A stretch of 61,680 bases of DNA, filler included, from Nitrospirae bacterium CG2_30_53_67 (lineage in GTDB: Bacteria; CG2-30-53-67), in NCBI GenBank assembly GCA_001873285.1. It is 4 parts of 4 records of this genome, joined end to end, with 100 filler letters (N's around TTAATTAATTAA, not from the genome) between each part and the next. Parts side by side here need not be neighbours in the genome. Positions count along the whole stretch, not along the records: positions 18,056 to 31,825 come from MNYV01000136.1; 3 more parts are not named here. The stretch is one strand, 5' to 3'. This document shows, piece after piece, positions 18,743 through 27,808 of the stretch (positions are counted from its first letter, which is position 1; every line of letters begins with the position of its first letter). The translations under genes and the position numbers were made by a program. Under the pieces are notes generated by a model that was not told the DNA's origin, ran no database searches, and worked only from the letters and a program-made list of their open reading frames with translations.

Positions 18743-19243
18743 ATGAATATCTTCAAGAAATTATTCTCTTCGCTTAACCTGGCATCCATAGAATATATGG
18801 TCGCAGGTGGAATTGCTGTAAACCTCTACGGCATAGAAAGGGCTACCGCTGATATTGACATTATCTTAAAACTTGACAAAGAGAATATCTCTAAGTTCAT
18901 CGAGACCGCAAGGAAGCTCGGTTTGAAGCCGAAAATGCCGATCCATTTAGAAGATCTCATGGACGCAGAGAAAAGAAACTCCTGGATCACAGATAAGGGT
19001 ATGACCGTGTTCAGCTTGTATGATCCTGGCGAACCTTTTTTCCTTCTGGATATTTTTGTTAAAGTCCCTTTCGTCTTCGATGAAGTATATCCGAAGAGAG
19101 AGCAAGTGAAGTACGAGGATACGGTCATCCCGGTCCTGTCAATGGAAGAATTGATTCGCATGAAGGAGACATCCAACAGACCGCAAGATAAAGCCGATAT
19201 TTTCTATCTAAGAAAAATATTAGAGGGTTGGGGAAATGAATAA
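18743..19243 (+). CDS. Pol-beta-like nucleotidyltransferase (DUF6036-like putative toxin)
   Basis: YMVAGGIAVNLYG..RATADID and LIRMK...RPQDKADI motifs. Confidence 0.85.
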   Translation: MNIFKKLFSSLNLASIEYMVAGGIAVNLYGIERATADIDIILKLDKENISKFIETARKLGLKPKMPIHLEDLMDAEKRNSWITDKGMTVFSLYDPGEPFFLLDIFVKVPFVFDEVYPKREQVKYEDTVIPVLSMEELIRMKETSNRPQDKADIFYLRKILEGWGNE

Positions 19244-19424
19244 AGATCGAGACAACACTGTCCGGGATGAACCGCTCCTATATTATAAAACCGAAGAAGA
19301 TATCCGGTCGTACAGGAACAAACCTTTGGATCTGAAGTTGAAATGGCTTGAAGCACAGATGGAATTCTTTTACAAGGCCATGCCGAAAAAGGCAAAGAAG
19401 ATCAGGGACAAGTTGAAAAAATAA
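19236..19424 (+). CDS. Small basic partner protein of the nucleotidyltransferase
   Basis: 62 aa, overlaps the NTase stop; helical 'KLKWLE' pattern typical of such partners. Confidence 0.65.
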   Translation: MNKDRDNTVRDEPLLYYKTEEDIRSYRNKPLDLKLKWLEAQMEFFYKAMPKKAKKIRDKLKK

Positions 19425-19503
19425 GATAACCATTGCTTGCATCCTCGCCTTCGAGTCCTTGATGCCGCTACCTGCGGTCCTCTCGGATAAGTTCAACAGG
19501 CGT

Positions 19504-20127
19504 TTACCTCGGAGTGATGTCGGATTTTTCAGGCACCCAAGGGCCACCGGCGCTCCAGTTGAAGGGGACGGGCGCTGTCCCGGAGGCTGCTCTCAGTGGC
19601 GGGAGCAGGAAGTCCCGCAGATGCGAGAGAACGTCCAGAAGCGTGGGATAGCTGATTATCCCGGCCTTGGGAGTGACCACGTCACCGAATCCCACATCCA
19701 CCTGGATGGGTATACGGGCCTTGCCGAGAGAGGCCGTCATCGTGACGCGCTGCCCCTGATATTCCTGCGCTTCGCGGATCGGTGCAGCCTTCACGCTATG
19801 GGCGTTAAATTCCAGACCATCCGGTTCTACGTCAACGGCGCAGACGGTGCGGAACACTTTCACAAGCCGCTCGCTTCCGTCCTCACCATGGCCAAGAAAA
19901 TCCACATCAACGGTCGGCCTATACGACTGACCTGTCCAGGCCGTGAACAGCATGGCTCCCTTGAGGATAAAGTCCCAGGCATGCTCCGATACGGACAGGC
20001 GGTAGAGAAGCCGTTCATTCGCATAGCGCGTCCAGATCAGGTTCGCGTCGTCCCCGGTTTCCCGGATGATGTTCAGCAGCCGCTGGCGAACCGAGGCCGC
20101 GAGGTTTGATGGTTTCTCCTGGGTCAT
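19504..20127 (-). pseudogene. AbiEii/AbiGii nucleotidyltransferase toxin with an apparent in-frame internal deletion
   Basis: AASVRQRLLN, ERLLYRL, LKGA, RPTVDVD, DVGFGD and YPTLLD joined directly to the C-terminal LRDFLLP...GGPW; only 207 aa. Confidence 0.75.
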
Positions 20128-20732
20128 ACGATCGCTTCCATGTAGGGGCGCATGGTCTTTGTTACACGGCAGATTTTCGCATACCGCCAAAGTTCATCGG
20201 TTGTGCATTTGCTCCCGCGAATCACCTCGCGGAGCGCCTCGAGTGCAACATCCAGCCCGATCTTGTTCCTGTACTTGAAACAATCTGCCACCGTCTTGGC
20301 CGGGTTATAGATTCTCACCTTCACGCCTTCAATGACGTGTTCGTTGATGCCCTCCATGAGGGCCTTGCCGGAGAAGCGCAGAATCCGCATCTTGGGGGAG
20401 TTGGCCCGCGGGCTGGCGGCCCTGCGGTCGATGGCTATCCACACTTCGCGGGGTGCCTGCGTCCCGATCTCGTGAAAGCGAAGCGCGGAGAGCAGGCACA
20501 CCACGCCCTTGGGGACCGCCTTCCCTGCCTGTGCCAGTCCATGGTGAGCAGTGATATCGGTATTCGGCAGGCTATACAGCCCCCGTCCGACACGCACGAG
20601 TTTCCCCTCTGCGCTCAGTTGTCTGAGGTATTCGTGGTGAATCCCCTTGGAACGCACCTCTCCGGTCGTGACGATTCCTGAATTGTGAGCGAGTTCCAGT
20701 ATGCGTTTTATCTTTTCGTGGCGATTTCTCAT
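20124..20732 (-). CDS. AbiEi-family type IV antitoxin / transcriptional regulator
   Basis: wHTH (LVRVGRGLY), VCLLSAL.FH, KTVADCFKYRNKIGLDVALEAL. Confidence 0.92.
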   Translation of the reverse strand: MRNRHEKIKRILELAHNSGIVTTGEVRSKGIHHEYLRQLSAEGKLVRVGRGLYSLPNTDITAHHGLAQAGKAVPKGVVCLLSALRFHEIGTQAPREVWIAIDRRAASPRANSPKMRILRFSGKALMEGINEHVIEGVKVRIYNPAKTVADCFKYRNKIGLDVALEALREVIRGSKCTTDELWRYAKICRVTKTMRPYMEAIV

Positions 20733-20767
20733 GCGCCAAATTATAGACATTTATGAATATCTGTCAA
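20733..20767 (-). promoter_or_regulatory. Sigma70 promoter of abiEi, probably leaderless, with an overlapping inverted repeat
   Basis: Minus strand TTGACA-16 bp-TATAAT-7 bp-ATG; GACA...TGTC dyad in the spacer. Confidence 0.75.
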
Positions 20768-20878
20768 GAGTTTTGCAAGTAACGGGGAGTCGGTCCTGAT
20801 ACCCCGACCTGCGGGCAGGCATGAAGGATCGGAGGATTCATGGCGAGAATCCGTTCTGAGGAGGCCAGTGGGTTTATT

Positions 20879-21301
20879 TCATTTAATATCCGCAACCCAG
20901 ACCACGTGTTTCCTGAACGGACCGCTCTTTAGGACGTCATAGAGCTTGCGGTCTGCCGTTACCATCCTCCCTTTAAGAAGGGCTGCAAGCGCAATGTACA
21001 GGCAGTCATAGATGCTCTTTCCTGTCCTGCTGGCAATCGCAAAAGCGGAATCCGGAAATGATATAAACGGATGACGTTGTATGGGGTATTGGCGCAGGGC
21101 ATCCCTTACGTCGCTTCCCTCCTGGGGGCTGACGGCGCCGCGCCGGATCCACTTGCAGATGATGCTGTCCATCTCCAGCAGAAGGAAATCCGGCGCGTGG
21201 AGTTGGTTGTTCTTGTCTAAGACTGAAAGAGCGGCTTCGCTGTGCTCCTCCTCAACGAACCATTTTGCGGCCACACTTGCATCAATGATGAATAGACTCA
21301 A
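20879..21301 (-). CDS. VapC/FitB-type PIN-domain toxin
   Basis: IIDASVAAKW, APDFLLLE, SIYDCLYIALA, VTADRKL. Confidence 0.9.
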   Translation of the reverse strand: MSLFIIDASVAAKWFVEEEHSEAALSVLDKNNQLHAPDFLLLEMDSIICKWIRRGAVSPQEGSDVRDALRQYPIQRHPFISFPDSAFAIASRTGKSIYDCLYIALAALLKGRMVTADRKLYDVLKSGPFRKHVVWVADIK

Positions 21302-21345
21302 CGCCTGCGGTCCTCGCGGATAAGTTCAACCGTATCGGGAAATTG
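21298..21345 (-). pseudogene. 3' remnant of a FitA/VapB-like antitoxin
   Basis: Minus strand reads ..PDTVELIREDRRR*, overlapping the toxin start; no upstream part found. Confidence 0.55.
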
Positions 21346-21385
21346 GTTCAGCCTCCCTGCGTCTGCTGTTCAAACCAAAAGAAGC

Positions 21386-21414
21386 TTGACAGATGATTCA
21401 ATTGTTACTATAAT
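21386..21414 (+). promoter_or_regulatory. Consensus sigma70 promoter for the chrB cluster
   Basis: TTGACA-17 bp-TATAAT. Confidence 0.75.
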
Positions 21415-21441
21415 TATCTAACAGTTGGTATAGGAATCATA

Positions 21442-22413
21442 ATGGAAAAAGCAACCGAGACCCCCTGGATCCTGCTGATCCACCAGATTCCACCCAAGCC
21501 GGATTATTTCCGTGTCAAGATCTGGCGAAGACTCCGGCAGGTTGGAGCCGTGGCGGTCAAACAGTCGGTCTACGTACTCCCCAGAACCGACCAAACCTTT
21601 GAGGACCTGAGCTGGATTCTCAAGGAAATTATTGAGGGCGGCGGGGAGGCGTTTCTGTCGGAAGCGGTTTTTCTGGAGGGGATCTCAGACGATCAAATCA
21701 AGGAAATATTCCGGGCGGCCAGGAACGAGGACTACAAAAAGATAGTCGAAGACGCCCGGTCGTTAACCCGTGTCCTCTCCAAGGGATCATCCGCGGCCGG
21801 AGAGAGTGTCTCCAAGACCAGGGCGCAATTTTCACGGCTGAAGAAAAGATTTGAAGAGGTCTCTGCCATAGATTTTTTTTCTACTTCCGGACGTGCTGCG
21901 GCCGAGGGCGCCCTGGCCGATGCCGCGTCCAGGCTCATGACGGGGGACCGGGAGCTCCCTGCGCCGGCCATGTCGATTGCGGACATGACCGGCCGAACCT
22001 GGGTCACTCGTGAAGGTATCTTTGTGGACAGAGCGGCTTGTGCCTGGCTGATCCGGCGATTTATTCATCGTGATGCCCGGTTCAAATTTGTGGCGGGCAA
22101 AACCTACCAACCAAAGTCCGATGAGATCCGGTTCGATATGTTCGACGCGGAATTTACTCATGTGGGAGATCGGTGCACCTTTGAGGTGATGATTGAACGC
22201 TTCGGCTTGGACGACCCATCCGTTTTACAATTGGCGGAGATCGTCCACGATATGGATTTAAAGGATCATAAATTTGAAAGACCCGAGGCCTACGGTGTTC
22301 GCATCCTTTTTCAGGGGATGGCTGCGGCACGGGCCACGGATGAGGAACGCCTGGAACGAGGATTGGTTATCTTCGATGAATTGTACCAGTACTTTGCGAA
22401 GAACCTTGGATGA
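21442..22413 (+). CDS. chrB: Chromate-resistance regulator ChrB (N- and C-terminal domains)
   Basis: WILLIHQIP..P.Y.RVKIWRRL; WVTR...VDRAACAWLIRRFI; FDM..AEFTHVGDRCTFE. Confidence 0.88.
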   Translation: MEKATETPWILLIHQIPPKPDYFRVKIWRRLRQVGAVAVKQSVYVLPRTDQTFEDLSWILKEIIEGGGEAFLSEAVFLEGISDDQIKEIFRAARNEDYKKIVEDARSLTRVLSKGSSAAGESVSKTRAQFSRLKKRFEEVSAIDFFSTSGRAAAEGALADAASRLMTGDRELPAPAMSIADMTGRTWVTREGIFVDRAACAWLIRRFIHRDARFKFVAGKTYQPKSDEIRFDMFDAEFTHVGDRCTFEVMIERFGLDDPSVLQLAEIVHDMDLKDHKFERPEAYGVRILFQGMAAARATDEERLERGLVIFDELYQYFAKNLG

Positions 22414-22437
22414 AAACAAATCAGAAGGAGAAGAATC

Positions 22438-22716
22438 ATGCCATCCATTGAAACCCATGTACAGAAGAGCACGGAAAGAACCGGCAAGCCCTTCCGGGAG
22501 ATCCACGAATGGATCGACGAGCCGAGCCACAAGGTCGAGCGCCACGATATCGGCCGCGTCCTCGAATTCGCCAAGATGTTTGAAGAGAAATACGGCGAGG
22601 AAGGCGCGAAGGAATACGTGCAACACCTCCAGGACGATCTGAAGGCCCGCTTCGGCCATCTTCTGGAGGACGTGGAGAAACTCATTACCGACAACCTGAA
22701 GTATTTCGGCTGTTGA
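22438..22716 (+). CDS. Small His/Asp-rich hypothetical protein
   Basis: AGAAGGAG RBS; H..., HEWID, RHD and QHLQDD residues. Confidence 0.7.
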   Translation: MPSIETHVQKSTERTGKPFREIHEWIDEPSHKVERHDIGRVLEFAKMFEEKYGEEGAKEYVQHLQDDLKARFGHLLEDVEKLITDNLKYFGC

Positions 22717-22750
22717 TGAAGGGTGACCGTTCAAAGAAGGAGTCGAGAAG

Positions 22751-23185
22751 ATGAAATGGATCACACGTTCCCACGTTCATGTGGACAGAGTGGCCTGCCC
22801 CTGGCTCATCAGACGTTTTATTGATTCGGAGGCGGAGTTTCTTTTTGTTCCGAAAAGTCAGGTCAAAGCCGTGGCCGAGAAGGAGGGAGCGATCCCCTTC
22901 GACTCGCCCGGGGCCGAACTCAATCATGAAGGCGATCTTTGTACCTTCGATGTGATCATCCGGAAATACGAGCTTAAGGATAAGCCTCTGATCAGACTTG
23001 CCCGAATCGTCAATGCAGCCGACACGCGGCGTCTTGAAAAAGACCCGCTTGCCGCAGGGGTTGAGGCCATCGCCGTGGGCTATGGGTTGAGATTCCCTGA
23101 TGACAAAAAGAATCTGGAACGGCAGTTCGAGGTGTATGACGCCCTTTATGCCTGGTGCTGTTTGAACGCTGCCGGAGAATCCTGA
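22751..23185 (+). CDS. Stand-alone ChrB C-terminal domain protein (ChrF-like)
   Basis: MKWITR..VHVDRVACPWLIRRFID, PFD, H.GD.CTFD, YDALYAWC. Confidence 0.88.
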   Translation: MKWITRSHVHVDRVACPWLIRRFIDSEAEFLFVPKSQVKAVAEKEGAIPFDSPGAELNHEGDLCTFDVIIRKYELKDKPLIRLARIVNAADTRRLEKDPLAAGVEAIAVGYGLRFPDDKKNLERQFEVYDALYAWCCLNAAGES

Positions 23186-23289
23186 CCCGGGATTGCATGA
23201 GCAGCCTCCGGCGGGAATGGAGTCAGATGCGATGATGCGGAGCAAGAAGCAGGCAGGTCTCCTCTTCATTATTCTCATGGGATAGAGAT

Positions 23290-24534
23290 ATGCGGCGCAG
23301 AGAGCGTGTTTCGGATTTTCTGGGTCTCACCCGAAGCACCGTGGGTGTCCTCTTCATGGTCATCCTCGTGGGGATGGGAGAGCGCATGGCCGAGCGCTTT
23401 CTTCCCATCTACCTCATGGCCTTGGGAGGAGGGGCTCTCTCCATCGGATTTCTCAATGGGATGGACAACCTCCTTTCGGCGCTCTATTCCTTTCCCGGAG
23501 GGTATCTCTCCGACCGCATCGGCACGAAGAGGGCCCTGCTCGTTTTCAACATCGTGGCCATGTGCGGCTTCCTGGTGGTGATTCTGATTCCCGCATGGCA
23601 GGCTGTGCTTCTCGGGGCCGTGCTCTTTCTCTCGTGGACTTCGATCTCGCTGCCTGCGACCATGGGCCTGATCGCCAGGGTGCTCCCCATGCACAAGCGG
23701 ACCATGGGGGTGACCATGCACTCTCTGGTGAGACGCTTTCCCATGGCCTTGGGACCGATTCTCGGCGGTTTGTGCATCGGCTTCTGGGGGGAGAGAAACG
23801 GCGTGCGAGCGGCCTTTGCCGCGGCCCTGCTCCTTTCTCTGGCGGCGGTCGTGCTTCAAGAGAAGCTGATTGAAGAGGAACCGCAGGACTCCACGCGCAC
23901 GAAAAACCGAGGGGAAAAGAATCCGATGAAGCTCTTCCCGCTCATGAGTCCTGCGCTCAGGCGCTTGCTGGTCTCAGACGTCCTGGTGCGCTTCTGCGAA
24001 CAGATCCCCTATGCCTTTGTGGTGGTCTGGTGCATGAAGAGCATTGTCGAACCGGTCACGGCCCTTCAGTTCGGCATTCTGACGAGCATCGAGATGGCCA
24101 CGGCCGTGCTTGTTTATATCCCCGTAGCCTATCTGGCCGACCGCAGCGCCAAGAAGCCTTTTGTGATCATCACCTTTGTCTTTTTCACCCTTTTCCCGCT
24201 TGTTCTTCTCTTCTGCCGGTCCTTTGAGTGGCTGGCCCTTGCCTTCATCCTAAGGGGCCTCAAGGAGTTCGGTGAACCCACTCGAAAGGCCATGATCATG
24301 GACCTGGCGCCTGAGAACTGCAAGGCGGGTATGTTCGGCCTCTATTACCTTCTCCGGGATATCTTCGTTTCCGTGGCCGCGGTCGGCGGGGCTTTTCTAT
24401 GGCAGATCAGTCCGGCCGTGAATTTTTTCACGGCCTTTGCCTTCGGCGCTGCAGGAACCATTGGTTTTGCAATCTGGGGCAGGGACCTGAATACGGCCAT
24501 GCCCGAAGAGAGGCTCGGCCGGCGAGCCGTTTAA
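23290..24534 (+). CDS. MFS transporter
   Basis: About 12 TM segments; GGYLSDRIGTKR motif A. Confidence 0.92.
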   Translation: MRRRERVSDFLGLTRSTVGVLFMVILVGMGERMAERFLPIYLMALGGGALSIGFLNGMDNLLSALYSFPGGYLSDRIGTKRALLVFNIVAMCGFLVVILIPAWQAVLLGAVLFLSWTSISLPATMGLIARVLPMHKRTMGVTMHSLVRRFPMALGPILGGLCIGFWGERNGVRAAFAAALLLSLAAVVLQEKLIEEEPQDSTRTKNRGEKNPMKLFPLMSPALRRLLVSDVLVRFCEQIPYAFVVVWCMKSIVEPVTALQFGILTSIEMATAVLVYIPVAYLADRSAKKPFVIITFVFFTLFPLVLLFCRSFEWLALAFILRGLKEFGEPTRKAMIMDLAPENCKAGMFGLYYLLRDIFVSVAAVGGAFLWQISPAVNFFTAFAFGAAGTIGFAIWGRDLNTAMPEERLGRRAV

Positions 24535-24701
24535 TTTTGAGCGTGGATCCCCCGGCCGCCATACTAAATTCTTGACGTCCGGTTTGCTTTGGAGATATCT
24601 TGTGCGGGACCCTGTCAGAGCGGAATGGCGGAGGATGCGCAGAAACGGCAAGCTGGAAATGCAGGCCGTTTTTTCAATGGCGCGGCGGGAACAAGAGGGA
24701 A

Positions 24702-25538
24702 ATGATGATCCGGATCGGAGAGATTGCCTATGCGAACAGCGCGCCTATCTTTGCCGCGCTCCGAAGAATGGGTCTGGCGGATCCTTATGAATTCATCCCT
24801 GGGGAGCCCGCTGAACTCAATCGCATGCTCTATGCCGGTGAAATTGATCTCGCCCCCTGTTCTTCTTTTGAGTATGGGCTTCATCCGGCAAACTATTTTC
24901 TGATTCCGGATCTTTCGATCTCATCGGACCATGAGGTGGAAAGCGTGCTCCTGATCTCCCGCTTGCCGATCGAGGACCTTCACGGGAAGATGATCCTCCT
25001 CTCTCCGGCCTCGGCCAGCTCCAATGCATTGATCCGGATCCTGCTGGAGAAACGCTATCAAGCCGGATGCGCCTACCGGTTTCCCGAAGAGGGCCCTCAC
25101 CGGTCCGGCTTTGAGGCGAATGCCCGGATCATGATCGGGAATCCGGCGCTCAAGGTCTACCTGGGGAAAAACAGGAGCCGGCCCGGATACGTCTATGACC
25201 TCTCCCTCCTCTGGCGGGATTTTACCGGCCTACCCTTTGTGTTCGCCCTATGGATCATCCGGCGTGAGGCCGTGCTCAGGGAGAAAGAAGAGATCGCCAG
25301 GTTGGTCCAGTCGCTTTACAGGGCAAGAGGATTCGCCGAGTCTCACTTCCATGAGATGGCCGGTGAGTTTGAAAAGGCTCTGGAGATTCCGGCAGAAGAT
25401 CTGGTCCGGTACTGGGAGAGCATCTCTTTCGATCTCAATGAGGAAAAGATCAAAAGCCTGAAATCCTATTTCGATTATGCAGAAGAGCTCGGATTGATCC
25501 CCAAGAGCCCCCCCCTTGTTTTTTTCATAGGGGCATGA
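24702..25538 (+). CDS. mqnA: Chorismate dehydratase (futalosine pathway)
   Basis: IGEIAYANSAP, SSFEY, V.SVLL, S.SS, IG..AL, DL...W...TGLPFVFALW. Confidence 0.9.
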   Translation: MMIRIGEIAYANSAPIFAALRRMGLADPYEFIPGEPAELNRMLYAGEIDLAPCSSFEYGLHPANYFLIPDLSISSDHEVESVLLISRLPIEDLHGKMILLSPASASSNALIRILLEKRYQAGCAYRFPEEGPHRSGFEANARIMIGNPALKVYLGKNRSRPGYVYDLSLLWRDFTGLPFVFALWIIRREAVLREKEEIARLVQSLYRARGFAESHFHEMAGEFEKALEIPAEDLVRYWESISFDLNEEKIKSLKSYFDYAEELGLIPKSPPLVFFIGA

Positions 25539-25633
25539 AAAAAACCGGGTATAATGCCGGATATGTATTCCTATGGCACAATAATTTTTCTTAGGAATGA
25601 AAGATTGTATGAACAATGTAAGGAGGGTTGAGT

Positions 25634-25936
25634 ATGATTGCCGAACTTTCCATTATTCCCTTGGGCCGCGGGGCCAGTATCAGCCCGGAGATAGCCAAGG
25701 TCATCAAGATCATCGATCAAAGCGGCATCTCTTACAAGGTCCATTCCATGGGGACCGCGCTCGAAGGAGACTGGGACAGGGTCATGGACCTGATCAAGTC
25801 GTGCCATCAGGAGGCGCTCAAGGATTCGGAGCGGGTTTACACGATCATCACCATTGATGACCGGAAGGGGAAGACGGACCGGATCCATGGCAAGGTCGCA
25901 TCGCTTGAGGCCAAGGTCGGGAAGAAACTGCCGTAA
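25634..25936 (+). CDS. MTH1187/YkoF-family thiamine-binding protein
   Basis: IAELSIIPLG, HSMGTALEG, IDDR...KV.S. Confidence 0.9.
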   Translation: MIAELSIIPLGRGASISPEIAKVIKIIDQSGISYKVHSMGTALEGDWDRVMDLIKSCHQEALKDSERVYTIITIDDRKGKTDRIHGKVASLEAKVGKKLP

Positions 25937-26057
25937 TCCCCGCGGCGCCCCTCTCATTGAGCAATTTTTTCTTGAAGTTTTTGACGATTGTGGTATAGTG
26001 CAACCCGTTTTGCGGCTATTTTATCTTGCGGCATAGACCAAAGGGGGGGAGAGAAAG

Positions 26058-26603
26058 ATGACTAGGGTTCCGAAGAAGGTCTTTTTCACAAACGGCGTGG
26101 GCACGCATACTGAAGAGCTTCAATCCTTTGAGCTGGCGCTGCGGGATGCCGGTATTGAAAAGTTCAACCTGGTCCAGGTCTCCAGTATCCTTCCCCCGGG
26201 CTGCAAGAGGATCTCCCGCAAGGAAGGTTTGAATCTGCTCGAGCCCGGTGAGATTGTCTATTGCGTTCTTGCGCGCTGTGCCAGCAGCGAACCCCGCCGT
26301 CTGCTGGCCGCCTCGGTAGGCTGCGCAGTCCCCATAGACAAGAGGATGTACGGCTACCTGAGTGAATACCATGCCTTCGGGACGACCGACCATGCGGCCG
26401 GGGAGTACTCCGAAGACCTGGCCGCAGCGATGCTGGCCTCAACCCTGGGCATTGAATTCGACGAAGAAAAGAGCTGGGATGAAAAGCGGGAGATCTGGAA
26501 GATCAGCGGGAAGATCGTCCACACCAGCAACATCACGCAGTCGGCCATTGTCAAGAAAGGGTACTACACCTCGGTGGTGGCGGCGGCGGTCTTCGTGTTC
26601 TGA
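26058..26603 (+). CDS. pdaD: Pyruvoyl-dependent arginine decarboxylase
   Basis: [25 protein letters not shown] (Ser-Ser self-cleavage site), YGYLSEYH. Confidence 0.93.
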   Translation: MTRVPKKVFFTNGVGTHTEELQSFELALRDAGIEKFNLVQVSSILPPGCKRISRKEGLNLLEPGEIVYCVLARCASSEPRRLLAASVGCAVPIDKRMYGYLSEYHAFGTTDHAAGEYSEDLAAAMLASTLGIEFDEEKSWDEKREIWKISGKIVHTSNITQSAIVKKGYYTSVVAAAVFVF

Positions 26604-26621
26604 TGGAAGAGGAGGCTTTTT

Positions 26622-26903
26622 CTACCGGTTCTCCGTAATCATCAAGGACAACTTCTCAAGACCCTCCTGATCCAGCCACCCCCCGCCGCAGGATCGGCAG
26701 CGCTGGATCCTGAAAGAGCCCTTCCAATCCTCCTTGAGCCCTGTTTTACACAGCGGACAAAGGAGTTCATCGGGGGCGGCCTCGATCTCTTCCTTCTTAT
26801 CCTTGGACCCGGCCTTCTTTTCCAGCCACTCCCGGTGTTTTTTCAAGAAGTAGTCTTCCTCTTTCCCTTTCTCTATTTCTTCCCACTGTTCCTTTTTCCT
26901 CAT
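26622..26903 (-). CDS. zf-TFIIB-type zinc-ribbon protein
   Basis: EEDYF; CPLC...CRSCGGGWLDQEGLE. Confidence 0.8.
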   Translation of the reverse strand: MRKKEQWEEIEKGKEEDYFLKKHREWLEKKAGSKDKKEEIEAAPDELLCPLCKTGLKEDWKGSFRIQRCRSCGGGWLDQEGLEKLSLMITENR

Positions 26904-26935
26904 AGCGGTTCCCTTGTAAGGGGGCTCTATCAGAC

Positions 26936-27592
26936 CTATAATGACTGGACCCGTTCCAGATCACTGTTCTTTCCGATCAGGATCATGAGGTCGCTGTCTT
27001 TGATGACCTTATCCGGATCAATGACCAGTTCCACTTTGTCTTCGATCATGTCCTTGATCGCGATGATCTGGACCCCGAATTTTTTTCTGAGTTCCAGATC
27101 CCGGATCTTATGGCCGACAATTTTATTGGATGGGGCCACCTCCTGGATGCTGTATCCCTCGACAAAGGGGATGTAATCGATGATGTTCTTTGCGCTGATG
27201 CGCTGGGCAAGGCGGATGGCCACGTCTTTCTCCGGAAAAATCACTTCAGCCGCGCCCAGTTGAGAAAGGATCTTTCCATGATCCTCTTCGTTAGCCTTGG
27301 CAATGATATTTTTGATGCCCATCTCCTTGAGGTAGAGGGTGGCCAGGATGCTCGCCTCCAGGGATTCTCCCATCGCAATGACGGCTACATCCTTGTCATC
27401 GAGGCCGAGTGACTGGAGGACCTCCTTGTTGGTGACATCTGCGACCATGGCTCGTGATGCAAATTCCTTCGCGCGTTGCACCAGTTCTTTATCACGGTCC
27501 AGTACAATGACCTCCATGCCGGCGTCATAGAGGGTTTTTGCCACGTTGCTTCCGAACATCCCCAAGCCGATGATCACAAATTGCTGTTTCAT
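26936..27592 (-). CDS. ktrA: KtrA/TrkA potassium-uptake NAD-binding subunit
   Basis: VIIGLGMFG, IIAKA, VIFPE, RCK-C domain. Confidence 0.92.
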   Translation of the reverse strand: MKQQFVIIGLGMFGSNVAKTLYDAGMEVIVLDRDKELVQRAKEFASRAMVADVTNKEVLQSLGLDDKDVAVIAMGESLEASILATLYLKEMGIKNIIAKANEEDHGKILSQLGAAEVIFPEKDVAIRLAQRISAKNIIDYIPFVEGYSIQEVAPSNKIVGHKIRDLELRKKFGVQIIAIKDMIEDKVELVIDPDKVIKDSDLMILIGKNSDLERVQSL

Positions 27593-27637
27593 AGGATTTC
27601 CCTTTTCGGTTGCTCTCCCATTCCGTTGGCTGGAAGT

Positions 27638-27805
27638 GTTACGCTTCACGTGCCCCGCTTTTCTCTATTTTTGTCGTTAGATCCCGGCATCTCCTTGAAT
27701 CTATTCTTGCCGGGCCGGGACCCTCTGCGACGGCTACTACACTGAGGCATCTTGGGGTCGAGGATTCCAGGGTTCCAGTGGTTCCCTTGACCCCTTGACC
27801 CCTTT
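27638..27805. repeat. Intergenic repeat composite between ktrB and ktrA
   Basis: Reverse complement matches 55702-55776; adjoining CCCTTGA heptamer units. Confidence 0.7.
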
Positions 27806-27808
27806 CTT

